A DNA stretch of 63,281 nt, filler included, from Squatina squatina (GCA_031763465.1; 4 parts of 4 records of this genome joined end to end with filler, not necessarily neighbours in it); one strand, 5' to 3'; positions 12,702-25,287 are shown, counted from the whole stretch's first letter. Numbers and translations are program-made. Notes: generated by a model from the letters alone, not told the origin.

Positions 12702-14202
12702 NNNNNNNNNNNNNNNNNNNNNNNNNNNNNNNNNNNNNNNNNNNNNNNNNNNNNNNNNNNNNNNNNNNNNNNNNNNNNNNNNNNNNNNNNNNNNNNNNNN
12801 NCATGACTTGCCTCGGTGAAAGACAGAACAGACATGTGCCACTGCAAAAACTACAAATGCAGCGCTCAAACCTGAACACTTTGGATGCCTTCCAGAGATG
12901 CTATTTTTCTTTCTCCCTCGAAATGACAAACACAGCAAATTTTATTTCTTTTGAAAGAAAAACAAGGAAATGCAGAGTAAAATTTCCTTTAAAAAAGAGG
13001 AAAGGAAACATTGAGCCAGGGTTTCACAGGAAGGGAAGATGTATAGCTATCATCCACACTTCACTGCTGTCAAGATATCTTAAAAGGGTCAATGAATTTT
13101 GATTTTTCCTGTTTTTTGGCTAGGCTTCTTATTGGAGTATGTGGAGGATACTTTAATAAAGCCTGGGCAAAAACATTCTGTTTATTAACTGAACCCTGTA
13201 ATATTTGAGCTAGTTGTGCTCTATTCCATGACTGATTCTCCCTTACAAACCCACAAATAAGGTTATTTGGTTAAAGTCCAGTTACTATTTAATTTTGACT
13301 TTAAAATTAAAAAAAAATCCCATTTTGAATGCAGCTCTGCACCCATGGTCTGGAATGGGAATGACTTAAATCTCTGGTGATATTGCTCCTTTGAAACGGC
13401 ATTTTTCTCACCAGCGTGTGAGCTTACAGCTGGAAACTTTCAGTAGTTTTGTCACCAACACCTTGTCAGCAATGCCAAGGTTTTCTGATGAAGAACAAAC
13501 CAAACCCCAGAGATTAAGCTTCCGCCAGCAACACCTCACACCACACTTGGTCTCCATTCATGGTATCAGCGCCTTCAGCAGCAATGACACGTGGGTGTGT
13601 TGAAGCAATGCTTGCAGTTTCCACCAACAATGATTCTTAATTGCAGAGGTTCACTATTCTANNNNNNNNNNNNNNNNNNNNNNNNNNNNNNNNNNNNNNN
13701 NNNNNNNNNNNNNNNNNNNNNNNNNNNNNNNNNNNNNNNNNNNNNNNNNNNNNNNNNNNNNTGTTGGTACTAACTACAACATGTTTCATACTTCGGTACA
13801 TTTTATGAATGCATCGTGTCATTTTATTCACTGGTCACACAACACTGATTTTTCTTTTTGGAAAGTATTGAATGTTTGTAATTATAATGGTGAGGTACGT
13901 CAGTGCGGGCTTCACGGGAACACATCATCACTTTTTGCATCTAATGTCAGTAATGCGTACTCTCTAAGACAGATCTGCTCTGCCCTGTCGAGGGTTCCAA
14001 GGTCAACCACAGAAAAGCTTTAAGGTAGATGAAGATCCCTTCAGAATACCTTACTAAGCACGGAGGTCAGGTGAGATACAGCTTCCCCTGGACTGTCCCA
14101 ACACTGTGCAAGTTCAATCCCAGATAGCTTCATTTCCAATGAGGAGTAAAATCTCCATTTGCCACATCAATCACTCGTAATGCTCTTTAGTATCTCACAT
14201 AC

Positions 14203-14290
14203 CGAGTTTTACTTTCTTCCTCTTGCTGTCAAGTTTCCGAGTCCTCTCTGCTGCCTGCTTTTTGGCTTTTCTGATTTTATCATAGGCTGC
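14203..14290 (-). CDS. DNAJC17: DnaJ homolog subfamily C member 17, one internal 88-bp exon
   Basis: The minus strand reads ctcttcaag|GCA GCC TAT GAT...CTC G|gtatgt = [29 protein letters not shown], versus human [29 protein letters not shown]. Not in the ORF track. Confidence 0.93.
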
Positions 14291-14454
14291 CTTGAAGAGG
14301 GAGAAAAATGAAAAAAAGTTATCTCTGCCTCAATCATAATTTCTGGACACTGCAAATCTTAACCTGAATGGAGGCCCTATTAAGAACAAAAGTGAGGTCC
14401 TGAAGATACCACTGTCAGCTATCAAACGGTCTATTCCACACATTTAATTCAGAA

Positions 14455-14690
14455 TACATAGAACATAGAAAATACAGCACATAACAGGCCCTTCGGCCCA
14501 CGATGTTGNNNNNNNNNNNNNNNNNNNNNNNNNNNNNNNNNNNNNNNNNNNNNNNNNNNNNNNNNNNNNNNNNNNNNNNNNNNNNNNNNNNNNNNNNNNN
14601 NNNNNNNNATCTATGAACATGGACTCCTAGATCCCTCTGTTCCTCCACCTCGCCAAGAACCCTACCGTTAATTCTGTACTCCGCAAGGTT
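14455..14690 (-). mobile_element. CR1-clade LINE 3' fragment spanning a gap
   Basis: Minus ORF EYRINGRVLGEVEEQRDLGVHVHR, plus a tail with repeated ttctatgt. Confidence 0.75.
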
Positions 14691-15616
14691 AAACTCCATC
14701 TTGCACACAAGAATCAAGACAAAGTATAGTCTTCAGGTGTTAAATGAACGTAATTCAGTCCTCACCTTGAAATCATGCATTGTCCTTATTTTCATGTAAT
14801 TATGTTCATATTTGATATTTACAGTTCAAAAGCCAACTCAGTAGAAATTTGGGAAGCAAATAAGTAGAGTTGGTTGTAACACTGGAGCACAGGCTGAGGA
14901 GGTGCGAGACACAGAATCGAGGTGTTGCAGCAGCACCACTGGTAGGAGGATGTAATTACAGAGTAAGTTTGCAAAGCAGTTTCCATCATTTTTAAATATA
15001 TTATAGATATGTGCACTTGAACTGTGGAAAAGCATGACAAATACAATTATAGATTCTGTCCCTCCTAAATTGCATTTTGTCTGGAGAGTGTTTTGAGTTG
15101 TTTAACATTGGGGCAAAGTACTGGTGATTACAGGTCAGTGCCTGGCGGTTGTGGTGGATATGGTTTGAAATCAACAGATTAAGACTGCACGAGCATATTG
15201 CCCAAAGTTAAAGCAGCTATTTTTTTCTCCATTGTATATTACTGCCAATCTGCTAAGTTAACGTGGTGACAAGGCTGACATACCCATGGCAAACTACTTG
15301 GTTGTCGAGGCTTAATCAGACTTGAGTGTAACGAGGGATTGATGGGGTTAAATGTGCAATATATATCCTCTTATCACAATGATCAGTTCGTGCCCCAGAC
15401 AAATATACAGGAAAACAGGGTAAGAGTACATAATGCTGCAGAATGCCACTCAGACACTTCCTGTATTGGGGTTCACACGCACAGGCTTGGCACCCCGCCA
15501 GGGACTTGCAATAAAGCCCACTTCTTAAAAAAAATACACACACGCAACACTGAAAGGCAAAAAATATATTGCTTTTAATTTTTTTGGTGAATTTCGCATT
15601 TGTGCAGCTGAGAGAT

Positions 15617-15716
15617 NNNNNNNNNNNNNNNNNNNNNNNNNNNNNNNNNNNNNNNNNNNNTTAATTAATTAANNNNNNNNNNNNNNNNNNNNNNNNNNNN
15701 NNNNNNNNNNNNNNNN
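15617..15716. other. Artificial scaffold-join linker (N44-TTAATTAATTAA-N44)
   Basis: Six-frame stop linker at 15661-15672, centred in a 100-bp N block. Confidence 0.97.
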
Positions 15717-17092
15717 CTGCAGACACATTTTGGCTCTGAAATTAAAATTGTCGTCACATTAAAATGTTCTAAGAATAGTTTGAGCTAAGAAATCCTGTGG
15801 GTTTGTGTATTCCTGGAATTCCATTTCATAATGCACATAAAATAGAATATCAGTTTTACAGAATTTATTTAAAAAAAAAAAGAAAGTTGCATATATTGAA
15901 ACCTGAAAGTGTCTTTCAGTACTCAAAGGATTGTTCCAGAAATGTCCTCTCCAGAGGAGTCCAGCGTTGAAAGAGTTAATGGGAGAGAAAAATAACAGGC
16001 ACTGTTTGTAGCTAAGGTGATTTTCCAAGTCCGTTTTATTTTGTAAATGTGGTTTGTCTTTAAATCTGCTTGATTTTTTTTCACTGTTATGTCCATACTA
16101 AGGTGGGAACCTACAATGGCAGTCTTTCATGAAACACTCCAATCCTATAAGCAAAATTGAAGAAATGTGCCAAGTGTGAAATTGGGTGACTTGTTAAATT
16201 TAACCAGTTGAAACTGTACCAGTAAATTAGGCAAATCAATGGATAACCTTTTAAGTTATGAAATCTTCATACCTAGACACTTGTATCTATGTTTTAACAA
16301 TTTGCTGCACCTTTTACAAATGCTGCAAGTTTTGTCTTTTTTGTTTTTGGATGTTAAATTTGTACTTTGAAATAAGTTATTTTCAGGTTAATTTTAATTA
16401 ATTTTTTTTTGGAAACCTAAATAAGTGAAAAGAAAATGATCTAAATTGTATTAGTGATGTAGGCAAATTTAAAGAGGGTACTGCAGCTTTAAATGCAAAC
16501 CATTCATGAGTTGATCGACCATTGTTTTTATAAATTCCAGCAGTCTTGTACTTCCCCCTTTTTAAAGAGACAGTATCCCTTTCCTTTTATTGGATTTTGT
16601 TAAATTGTGTACAATATATTTCAGACTAAAATTGTATAGCCCTAAACCAAACCAGTTTGAGGATGATGGTGTAGAAGCTAATTGTTTTTTATGTTTGGTA
16701 ACTTACGGAAATGTGACCAATACTGTTTAAGCCCAACACTATTCAGATATGGGCTTGAGCAAAATCACGTCTACACATTAGTACCTTTTCTATGTCTATT
16801 GATCTCTACTGAAAACCTTGGGTACTTGCTCTAAAGATGTTTTCCAAATGTATTTTAAAGAAGCAAATTTTTGTAGTGTTTTTATAATTCAGGTGAACAA
16901 GATTTCTGCATTCTCCAAAATCACAGCCCCGAATTCAGAGAGACGGTGATGTGTTGAATGAATGTTGCGTAAATTCAAAAAGGAAAAATCATNNNNNNNN
17001 NNNNNNNNNNNNNNNNNNNNNNNNNNNNNNNNNNNNNNNNNNNNNNNNNNNNNNNNNNNNNNNNNNNNNNNNNNNNNNNNNNNNNNNNNNNN

Positions 17093-17491
17093 CACGGCCA
17101 GGTATCTCTCGGTACTCATAGTAGTCAAGATGAAGATGCTTGCGTGCATGGTCAGAAAGTCTAAGCTGAAAAGGATCCTGCACCCAACTTCTCCAAAGTA
17201 CCAGTCCTTGGCGAAGTAGGTGCACACCACGAAGGGGATGGTGGCGAGGTAAAGGAGATCGGCTAAAGCCAAGTTCACAATATACACATACATGGAACCA
17301 GTGAACCTTATGGACAAGGTCATCACCACCAGGATATAGACGTTACCTACAATTCCCATCAGGCACATCATGGTCAGAATGGTCCCCAGCAGCAATGTGA
17401 TCAAGGTCTCATTCATGGACCCGGGGGCTGAAGACGAAGAGTTTACAACGGAGGAGAAGTTGCTCGGCGCCTCGGGGAACGTCACCTCCAT
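17093..17491 (-). CDS. UTS2R: Urotensin-II receptor family GPCR, N-terminus to end of TM3 (rest lost in a gap)
   Basis: GNVYILVV, SMYVYIVNLALADLLYL, WYFGEVGCRILFSLDFLTMHASIFILTTMSTERYLAV. The LDFLTMHASIF and ERY motifs match UTS2R. There are three N-glycosylation sequons, a good Kozak context (aggATGG) and no intron in the visible part. The paralog is not resolved. Confidence 0.9.
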
Positions 17492-18494
17492 CCTCCAAAT
17501 CCTGTTAGTCTCAGAATGGATCTGGCAAAACCCGACGCGTCGGCTTCAATTCGCTGACAACTAAGGCGAAGCTCATCTGGACCTGAGTGTGATCAGATGG
17601 ACCAGATATTCTGTTAGCTCATTTGTTTCGTAATTAGAAATTCTTCACATTCAGCCATTGAGTACTCCCCGACCACTGCAGACAAGGGCGCTGTTAACGG
17701 CGCTGGACGCTAACTCTGGGTCACATATGCTTTGGCCATTTGACGGAGATTATTAGTTTTTATCCAGACAGAGGTTGCAAGCGCTGAAACGATACTTCAG
17801 CTGTATTGTAAATATCGATTCTCAAATCTTGGAGATCTTGGAGTGTGGGGCGAGCCTGAATGTTCCGAAGTTCAAGAATCCTGGAACATTTTTTTAAAAG
17901 GTCAAAATTCGGATAATAGTTGCAAGTTTTGCGACAGCTCATCTATACATTTTTTAAAAACCTCAATAATACGGAAAGACACATGTTGGAGACTCACCGG
18001 TCCGGCATTACTTGAGGCCGATGCTACTTGTGGTGTATGCGAGCTCTGACTAGTCGCTGTTGTGCTGCACACAGTCACTTGGCGCTGAGCGCCGGAACAA
18101 TGCGTTACAGAGAGCTGCTGGCATCCTTACAGACAGTAGCACAAGCGGAGGCCTGGCTCCAGGTCAGCCACACTGCTTCTGAGGTCTCCAAATATGCCAG
18201 CGTTCAAATACCTGAGGCTCTGCACCANNNNNNNNNNNNNNNNNNNNNNNNNNNNNNNNNNNNNNNNNNNNNNNNNNNNNNNNNNNNNNNNNNNNNNNNN
18301 NNNNNNNNNNNNNNNNNNNNNNNNNNNAAACTGAATCTGATCATAACCATAAAATCTGGGACAATAGTTGCTTTTGGCAGCTTCCAACGTTTTACACTGT
18401 TGTGCATATACTTGTATACAGTAGATATTGTTTACATGGTTTATTCCCCTTTTACTTTGATCTAAGGAAATGTCTTGTGTCCTTTTTATTTTAG

Positions 18495-18635
18495 ACGTTT
18501 ACACAGAAGCCCGAACATTTTCCCTATTTTTTTAAGTGTATTTTGACTGCATCTCTTGCTGAAGAAAGTAAAAATCTTACATTGCGAGAACGGACTGTCC
18601 TCCTGGTCTTTCTTGATCACTGTTTCAACAGCTTG
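18495..18635 (+). CDS. AQR: RNA helicase aquarius, one internal 141-bp exon
   Basis: ttttag|ACG TTT...AGC TTG|gtaagt = [47 protein letters not shown], versus human [23 protein letters not shown]...[16 protein letters not shown]. Not in the ORF track. Confidence 0.92.
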
Positions 18636-19904
18636 GTAAGTATGAACTTATAAAATTGAACATATTCAGGTCATCTTATCATAATACTTTGTGTTAATAG
18701 TCAACCTCCTTCCTCCTCTGGTTCACAACTACATGTTTCGAGTAAGTACGAGACACTTTGTAGTATAGTACACGGAGCAGACTTTATTGATCGGCCTAAC
18801 TGTATAGAGAGAGAGCAACTTTTTGGTTTCTGTATCTTTCGAGNNNNNNNNNNATGCTCCTTTATACACCTTACTTTGCCTACGTCATAGGTGCATGTCA
18901 CAGATAAAACCTCATGACGTATCTATACCCAAAACCTTTGAAGATGGTCTATCGGTCTTCATGTGAACAGTTGTAGTTGTTTATGCCAAAGCTACTTCCC
19001 TTAAACAAGACTTCCTAACTAACTGTTCCCAACCTTTTTGAAGAACAGGCTTTATCAACCATTACCTTTATGTACTATAGCTAATGGATCCCTCTACCTT
19101 TGCTTATTACCTTAGCCCCTAAAATTACACTTTAATCATTCATGGCTTATGTCATTACTGTCACTTATTTCCTTGCACAAGTGCTTTTCATATTAGAAGT
19201 CAAGCTATGCAATTCCTCTCCTGATACTTCAGAGCCATCCTGTTTAAATTGGAAAACCTGTTGCTCGAAGATACAAAGAAGTTTGACTATTAATCCTTAA
19301 CTCCCCAAGATGTCCAACAAACAACTGTCCAAGATGGCCAACACTTTGCATCAGGGTTTTTAGTTGGTTTTATTTCTAGATAGTATAAATAAAAAGCAGT
19401 ACTGACTTTGGGGAGACTGGATCATTTGATCAGAAATTGACTAGTTTGCTTTGTCCTCGTCTTGCCCTTTGTGCACTGTGACGGTGAGAAATATGGTTCC
19501 AACCTACCTGATTTTGAATTCACTTGTGTTTTATGTAATTCTGATCTTTGTTTTACCTGAGAGAAATTTTTGTAAAATCTGTAATAGTTCCCATTGCGTC
19601 AACTGTAGCTGTAAGTTATGAAGTTTTGAGTGTGCTTGATACTATACTGAGCCACAAGAGGGCCTCGGCTGAGCATGTTAGATTAACTTTAAACCTATTT
19701 TCTATGGTGGCCTAATATTTGCAAGCTAAGAATTGAGAACCATGTTAACCAATTTGACCATAGTTAAGTAATGTAAAAAAGCTTTAGAGGAACTATTCTT
19801 GAAGNNNNNNNNNNNNNNNNNNNNNNNNNNNNNNNNNNNNNNNNNNNNNNNNNNNNNNNNNNNNNNNNNNNNNNNNNNNNNNNNNNNNNNNNNNNNNNNN
19901 NNNN

Positions 19905-20480
19905 TGTGATTGCACTAGAGAGGATACAGAGGAGATTTACAAGGATGTTGCCTGGACTAGAGAATTTTAGCTATGAGGAAAAATTGGATAGGCTGTGGCT
20001 GTTTTCTTTGGAACAAAGGAGGTGGAGGGGAGACCTAATTGAGGTGTATGAAATTCTGAGGGGCCTAGGTAGAGTGGATAAGAAGGTCCTATTCCCCTTA
20101 GCAGAGGGGTCAATAATCAAGGGGCATAGATTTAAATTATATGGGGCCGAGGTAGAGTGGATAGGAAGAACCTATTTCCCTTAGCAGAGGGGTCAATAAC
20201 CAAGGGGCATAGATTTAAAGTAAGTGGTAGAAGGTTTAGAGGGGATTTGAGGAGAAATGTTTTCACCCAGAGGGTGGTGGGGGCCTGTAACTCACTGCCT
20301 GAGAGGGTGGTAGAGGTAGAAACTCTCATCACATTTAAAAAGTACTTGGATGTGCACCTGAAGTGCCGAAACCTACAAGGCTACGGACCAAGAGCTGGAA
20401 AGTGGGACTAGGCAGCCGACGCGGACACGAGGAGCCAAATGGCCTCCTTTATGTTGTTAATTTTTATGATTTTATGATTC
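19905..20480 (+). mobile_element. CR1-clade LINE 3' end with an internal duplication
   Basis: ALERIQRRFTRMLPGLENFSYEEKLDRL...RGDLIEVYEILRG and TKGHRFKVSGRRFRGDLRRNVFTQRVV. The tail ends in repeated ttttatga. Confidence 0.9.
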
Positions 20481-21455
20481 TAAACACACTTTAGGCAAAA
20501 TTACTTCAACCGTTACTTTTAAAGTAAGGTTTCTCATGGAATGGTAAAAACGTTTAAGTGCAATGACAGTAGCAGAAACAAAAAGGGCTGTAAGAGTCGG
20601 TCAGTTGTGTTTGTTGATCTGTTAGAATTCCAGAAGTTAAAACTACTCAAGTGGAATGCATCCCTTATTTGTCAAGCACACATCCTGGGTTGGTGTTCTA
20701 TCTTGTGTACCAGTGTCTGACCAGACACAACTGGGAATCATTTCTGGTGCTATTGTTGATGATTGCATGGACTATTTGATTTGAAAACATAATTGCACCA
20801 ATGTGCTGTCTTGCCCAAACTGTAGTTAGATTAAATGATTTAAGGATGAAGACAAAAAGTTGCAAACATCCAACTTTTAGCCAAATCCCAATTTGGCAAC
20901 GTAATATACACACTAATTTACTCCTGCTCAATCTCAGACTGCAGGTTATAGACATTTTCTTACTTTTGATTATTAAGACTGCCCAAGATCATTCCTTTCT
21001 TCACACAGAATTGCTCGCCAGAAAGAAATCGAAGTGTGGCCAACTCTCTCAATTTCATGCTCCCTCTGTACCCAGTTGCATGCTTGCTTTTCTGGTTCAC
21101 AGGACTGAGGAATCAACCCTAACGTAATCACCCTATTCATCCTTGTTTATATATGGCTGCATTATATTATAACATGTTTCCTAACATACAATGTAATGCA
21201 TCAATTTTAACTTTATTCTCACTCACCACGGGCCTGAAATCGTGATCTCCCCGGGTGGGAACGATGTTCCCACGCACCCGGGGAAACCTTGCAAATGCCG
21301 AATCTGTGGCTGCTCAGCCTGCCGATCCAGCACTTGCAATCTGTCGAGATCTATNNNNNNNNNNNNNNNNNNNNNNNNNNNNNNNNNNNNNNNNNNNNNN
21401 NNNNNNNNNNNNNNNNNNNNNNNNNNNNNNNNNNNNNNNNNNNNNNNNNNNNNNC

Positions 21456-21926
21456 ATTACCCACGGTGGTGAAAATGGGGTTTATGAGGCCATCTACCAT
21501 GGCATCCCGATGGTTGGCATCCCAATCTTTGCCGATCAGTATGATAACATTTTGCGGCTCAAAGCCCGAGGAGTTGCGGTCTTGTTGGACTTGTCTCGTT
21601 TGAAGAGGGATGTTATATTCCAGGCTGTGAAAACTGTCATAGAAAACCCTTCTTACCGAGAGAACATGAAGCGTTTTTCTGCCTTGCATAGAGATGTGCC
21701 ACTGGATCCAAAAGAGCTGGCTGTTTTCTGGATTGAATACACGATAAGACACAGAGGTGCCGCTCATTTAAGAGCTGTAGGCAATGAGTTACCATTCTAT
21801 CAGTACCACTTACTGGATGTAATTGCCATCATTTTAATTGTATTGGGACTTTTCCTTTATCTTGCCTATAAAATGCTAAAAGCATTACTTGTTAAAATGT
21901 GCTTAGGAAAGAAGAAAAAGGACTAG
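21456..21926 (+). CDS. UDP-glucuronosyltransferase C-terminal part, intronless across the visible region (UGT2/UGT5-like)
   Basis: UGT signature ITHGGENGVYEAIYHGIPMVGIPIFADQYDN, then FWIEYTIRHRGAAHLR, YQYHLLDV, a transmembrane helix and an ER di-lysine tail KKKKD*. The 5' part is lost in a gap. Confidence 0.93.
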   Translation: MTHGGENGVYEAIYHGIPMVGIPIFADQYDNILRLKARGVAVLLDLSRLKRDVIFQAVKTVIENPSYRENMKRFSALHRDVPLDPKELAVFWIEYTIRHRGAAHLRAVGNELPFYQYHLLDVIAIILIVLGLFLYLAYKMLKALLVKMCLGKKKKD

Positions 21927-22713
21927 ATTAAAGCCAAAAGAACGATTCGAAGTTAGAGTTAGGGCTCAGCGATAATTGGCAGCCCCTTTTATGCCACAGT
22001 AGATTTTCTCCTCCAATTTCAACTGCTCAGCACACAATTTTGTCACTCTTCCTTCAACCAGTTTCCTTTAACCAGCTGTCACATAACGTGTGTTATAATC
22101 CTACCACCAAGCCTTTTACATGACACCTTGATCTTATGCCTTTTGAAAATTTCCATATCCAGTTATGTGGGAGATTATTATTCCCTATGCCCTAAACATG
22201 CCCAGAATGGTTGTCAAAATGTAGTTAGCGACATTCCTGCTGAACTCTGGGAAAACAAAGATCAATGTTAAGAACTATGGGTACATAAAGTTAGCCCTGC
22301 ACACTGTGAGGGGAGGGGGGAGAGGATCTCTCCCAATTAGGCTTTAATTCCAAGTAGTCGTGACTAGAAGGAAAGCAACACCCAGGTTTGTTATGGATGA
22401 ATGAAGGGTTATGGTATCGGGGCTATAAGGGTTACAAAAGCAGGTTGCACAGACCAGCCTTATATTCTGGCCAGTATAGAAGATTAATGGGTGATATAAT
22501 TGAGGTGTTCAAAATGATTAAAGGAGTTGAGAGGGTAGATAGATTACTTCCNNNNNNNNNNNNNNNNNNNNNNNNNNNNNNNNNNNNNNNNNNNNNNNNN
22601 NNNNNNNNNNNNNNNNNNNNNNNNNNNNNNNNNNNNNNNNNNNNNNNNNNNGGAACAGGAAGGGATTCCATTCCCTCAATGTACAGCTTTTCTGCGACTA
22701 CTGGAAGTGCATA

Positions 22714-23032
22714 ATGCAGGTGAATACCTGATATCCAGGGAGCTGTCACGATGCTTTTATGATGAGACAGTCATCCGTCCCACAGATCTTTGTGCCCCAA
22801 CACAATGTGCAAGGCTGGCTATGAGGTGACAAAGGATACCCTCTAATGCCAATGCTCAGGCCTCCCCTGAGAAACCCCCAGACACCAGCTGAGCACTCAT
22901 ACAATGAGAGACACTCAGCCACCAGGAATATCATTGAGCAGACCATTGGATTCCTCTAAACAGAGGTTTTGATGCCTTGACTGGTCAGGAGGTCCCCTAC
23001 AGTACTTGGCCAAGAAGGTGTCCAGGTTTATC
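22714..23032 (+). mobile_element. PIF/Harbinger (HARBI1-like) DDE transposase, decayed fragment
   Basis: Manual translation: [19 protein letters not shown]...GWL*GDKGYPL...[46 protein letters not shown]. Contains the PGSxHD, GDxGY, R..IE.TIG.LK.RF.CLD and SGG.LQY motifs, with three stops and one frameshift. Confidence 0.92.
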
Positions 23033-25287
23033 TTGGGGCAGATTCTGGAAAGTCTAGCTCTGTTGCTGTTACAAATGCTTGTTAATGAGGAAGATCTAGA
23101 AAAATGCACAGTTGGGAATTGTAAGGATGTTATTTAATCGAAGGATTCAGATTTGAAAAAAACCAAGATTAAATTGCAATGTTTTACACAGGCCTTATTT
23201 TTACAAAATATATTATGGTGTCAATAAAATGAAAGTAACGTTAATCAAAACGTAATAGTAATGCTGAATCTACAATGACTGAAAAGGCTATTGTGATGTT
23301 ATCAATGCTGAGCATCATATGATTCATAGATGGGGTAATAAAGGGCTTATTCTTCAGTCAAAAAGGAAAATGACAGTGTATTCGAAAAAATGCAATGCAC
23401 TNNNNNNNNNNNNNNNNNNNNNNNNNNNNNNNNNNNNNNNNNNNNNNNNNNNNNNNNNNNNNNNNNNNNNNNNNNNNNNNNNNNNNNNNNNNNNNNNNNN
23501 NGTGGATGATTGCGTCGACATCATGGCCTTGAAGGAAGCTTGGCTGAGGGGTGATGACACCTTACCCCTAAATGAAGCCTCCCCGCCTAGCTATACATTC
23601 CACCACTTGCCCCGCCTGAACCATCATGGTGGCGATATGGCTCTCATCACCAAATCACACCTTGGTCTGTCCCCCTACTCTTCCAGCACTTTCTCCTCCT
23701 GTGACCATTTCACCTTGTTCCATCCTTCTCACCTCTCATTTAAAATTCTCATTCTCAACCACCCACCCGAGTACCATAAAAATCTTGTCACCAAGATACC
23801 TTCACTACTTTCCTCCCTCAGCCTCTGCACGGAGAGACTTTTCATCCTCAGTAAGTTCAACCTCCATCTCAATTCATCATGCTCTCTGTCCTCTGAGTTC
23901 ACTGCCCTCCTAGCCTCCAATAATCTCTCCCTCCATGTAAACTCCCCAACCCATATTCACGGCCACCCCCTCGACCTCGCCATCTCTTGTAGCCTCGCTA
24001 CTCCCATTGTGTCAATCGCAGATAAGGCCATCTCTGACCACTTTCTTGTATCGCTCTCCACCCACATCCCCCTTCCCCTGTCCCAACCTTACTTCCTTCT
24101 GTGTCCAACCCGGTAAAAACTCTCTCCCAATTCTCTTACAACTGCACTTACAAAATCCCAACTGTCTAGCCTTTGACCCTCCATTCACACAACATTTCTG
24201 CAGCTATTGATCTGCTCGACCACACCTTCATTCCCACCTTTGATGCCCTAGTTCCTATTAAAACCATTACTCTCTCTCACTCTGGCCATTCCCCCTGGTA
24301 TGGCTCTCATCTCCAATCCCTTAAGTTCAAGGTTCACAGACTTGAATGGATATGGCAGACAACTGATTTAGCCATTTCCTGCCAGATCTGGCTGGACCAC
24401 ATAAAACACTATCAGGTCCTCCTCTCGTCTGCCAAAACTGTTCACAATTCCAGAATCATTCTGGAATGCAAGGATAAACCCAGCTTCTTTTCTCCACTGC
24501 AAACAGTCTTCTTATCCCCCTGTCTCCTCCACCTTCACCTCCAACAAAATGTGCGAGGAGATCATGGACTTATTTGTCTCTAAGTTTGAGACCATCTGAT
24601 CAGCTGCCTCTGCCACCTCCCTTTCTTCCCCTAGCCCACCAGGCCAAACTTCCTCTAAAGTTCCCCCTTACCCTAGCCCTGAACTTGCATCTTTCTCAAG
24701 TTTCTCTCTGCTCTCCTCTCATGTCCTCTCTGAGCTCATCTTGTCTCTGAGACCCACTTCCTGCTCCCTTGATTTATTGCCACTAAACTGCTGACACCGA
24801 ACTGACTTTTCTGGCTCGCATATTAGCTGATATTGTTAACGGTTCTCTCTTCCAAGGTTCCCTTCCCCTTCAAATCTGTTGTCATCACTCCACTCAAAAA
24901 GCAACTCTTGATCCCTTCGTCCTTCTGCACTACCGCCCCACCTCCAACCTCCCTTTCCTCTCCAAAGCCCTTGAACATGTTGTCACCTTCCAAATCCATG
25001 CCCTTCTTTTCCGCGTCACCATGTTTGAATTTGTGCAACTGGGTTTCCCTCCTGCCACACTACCTAAATGGCCTTAATGAAAGTCACAAATAACATACGC
25101 TGTGATTGTGAACATGGTGTGTTTTCCTTCCTCATCCTCCGCAACCTTTCTCTTTCACTACCAGAAACATTTCACATGGTTGGTGCTCTTCCACTGCTTC
25201 TTCTCCATTGCTCAGCTGAGTGGGACTGAGAATCTCCAGCAATGGCTTCCTTCCCATCCCTGCTCCATTACCTCTGGAGTCCTCATG

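Noticed and set aside
15661-15672. TTAATTAATTAA palindrome repeated three times as a biological motif
   Set aside because: It is always centred in an N block, so it is an assembly linker.
16889-17092. Truncated three-TM GPCR with a novel C-terminus, as given in the ORF track
   Set aside because: The frame crosses a gap, and the sequence beyond belongs to another contig.
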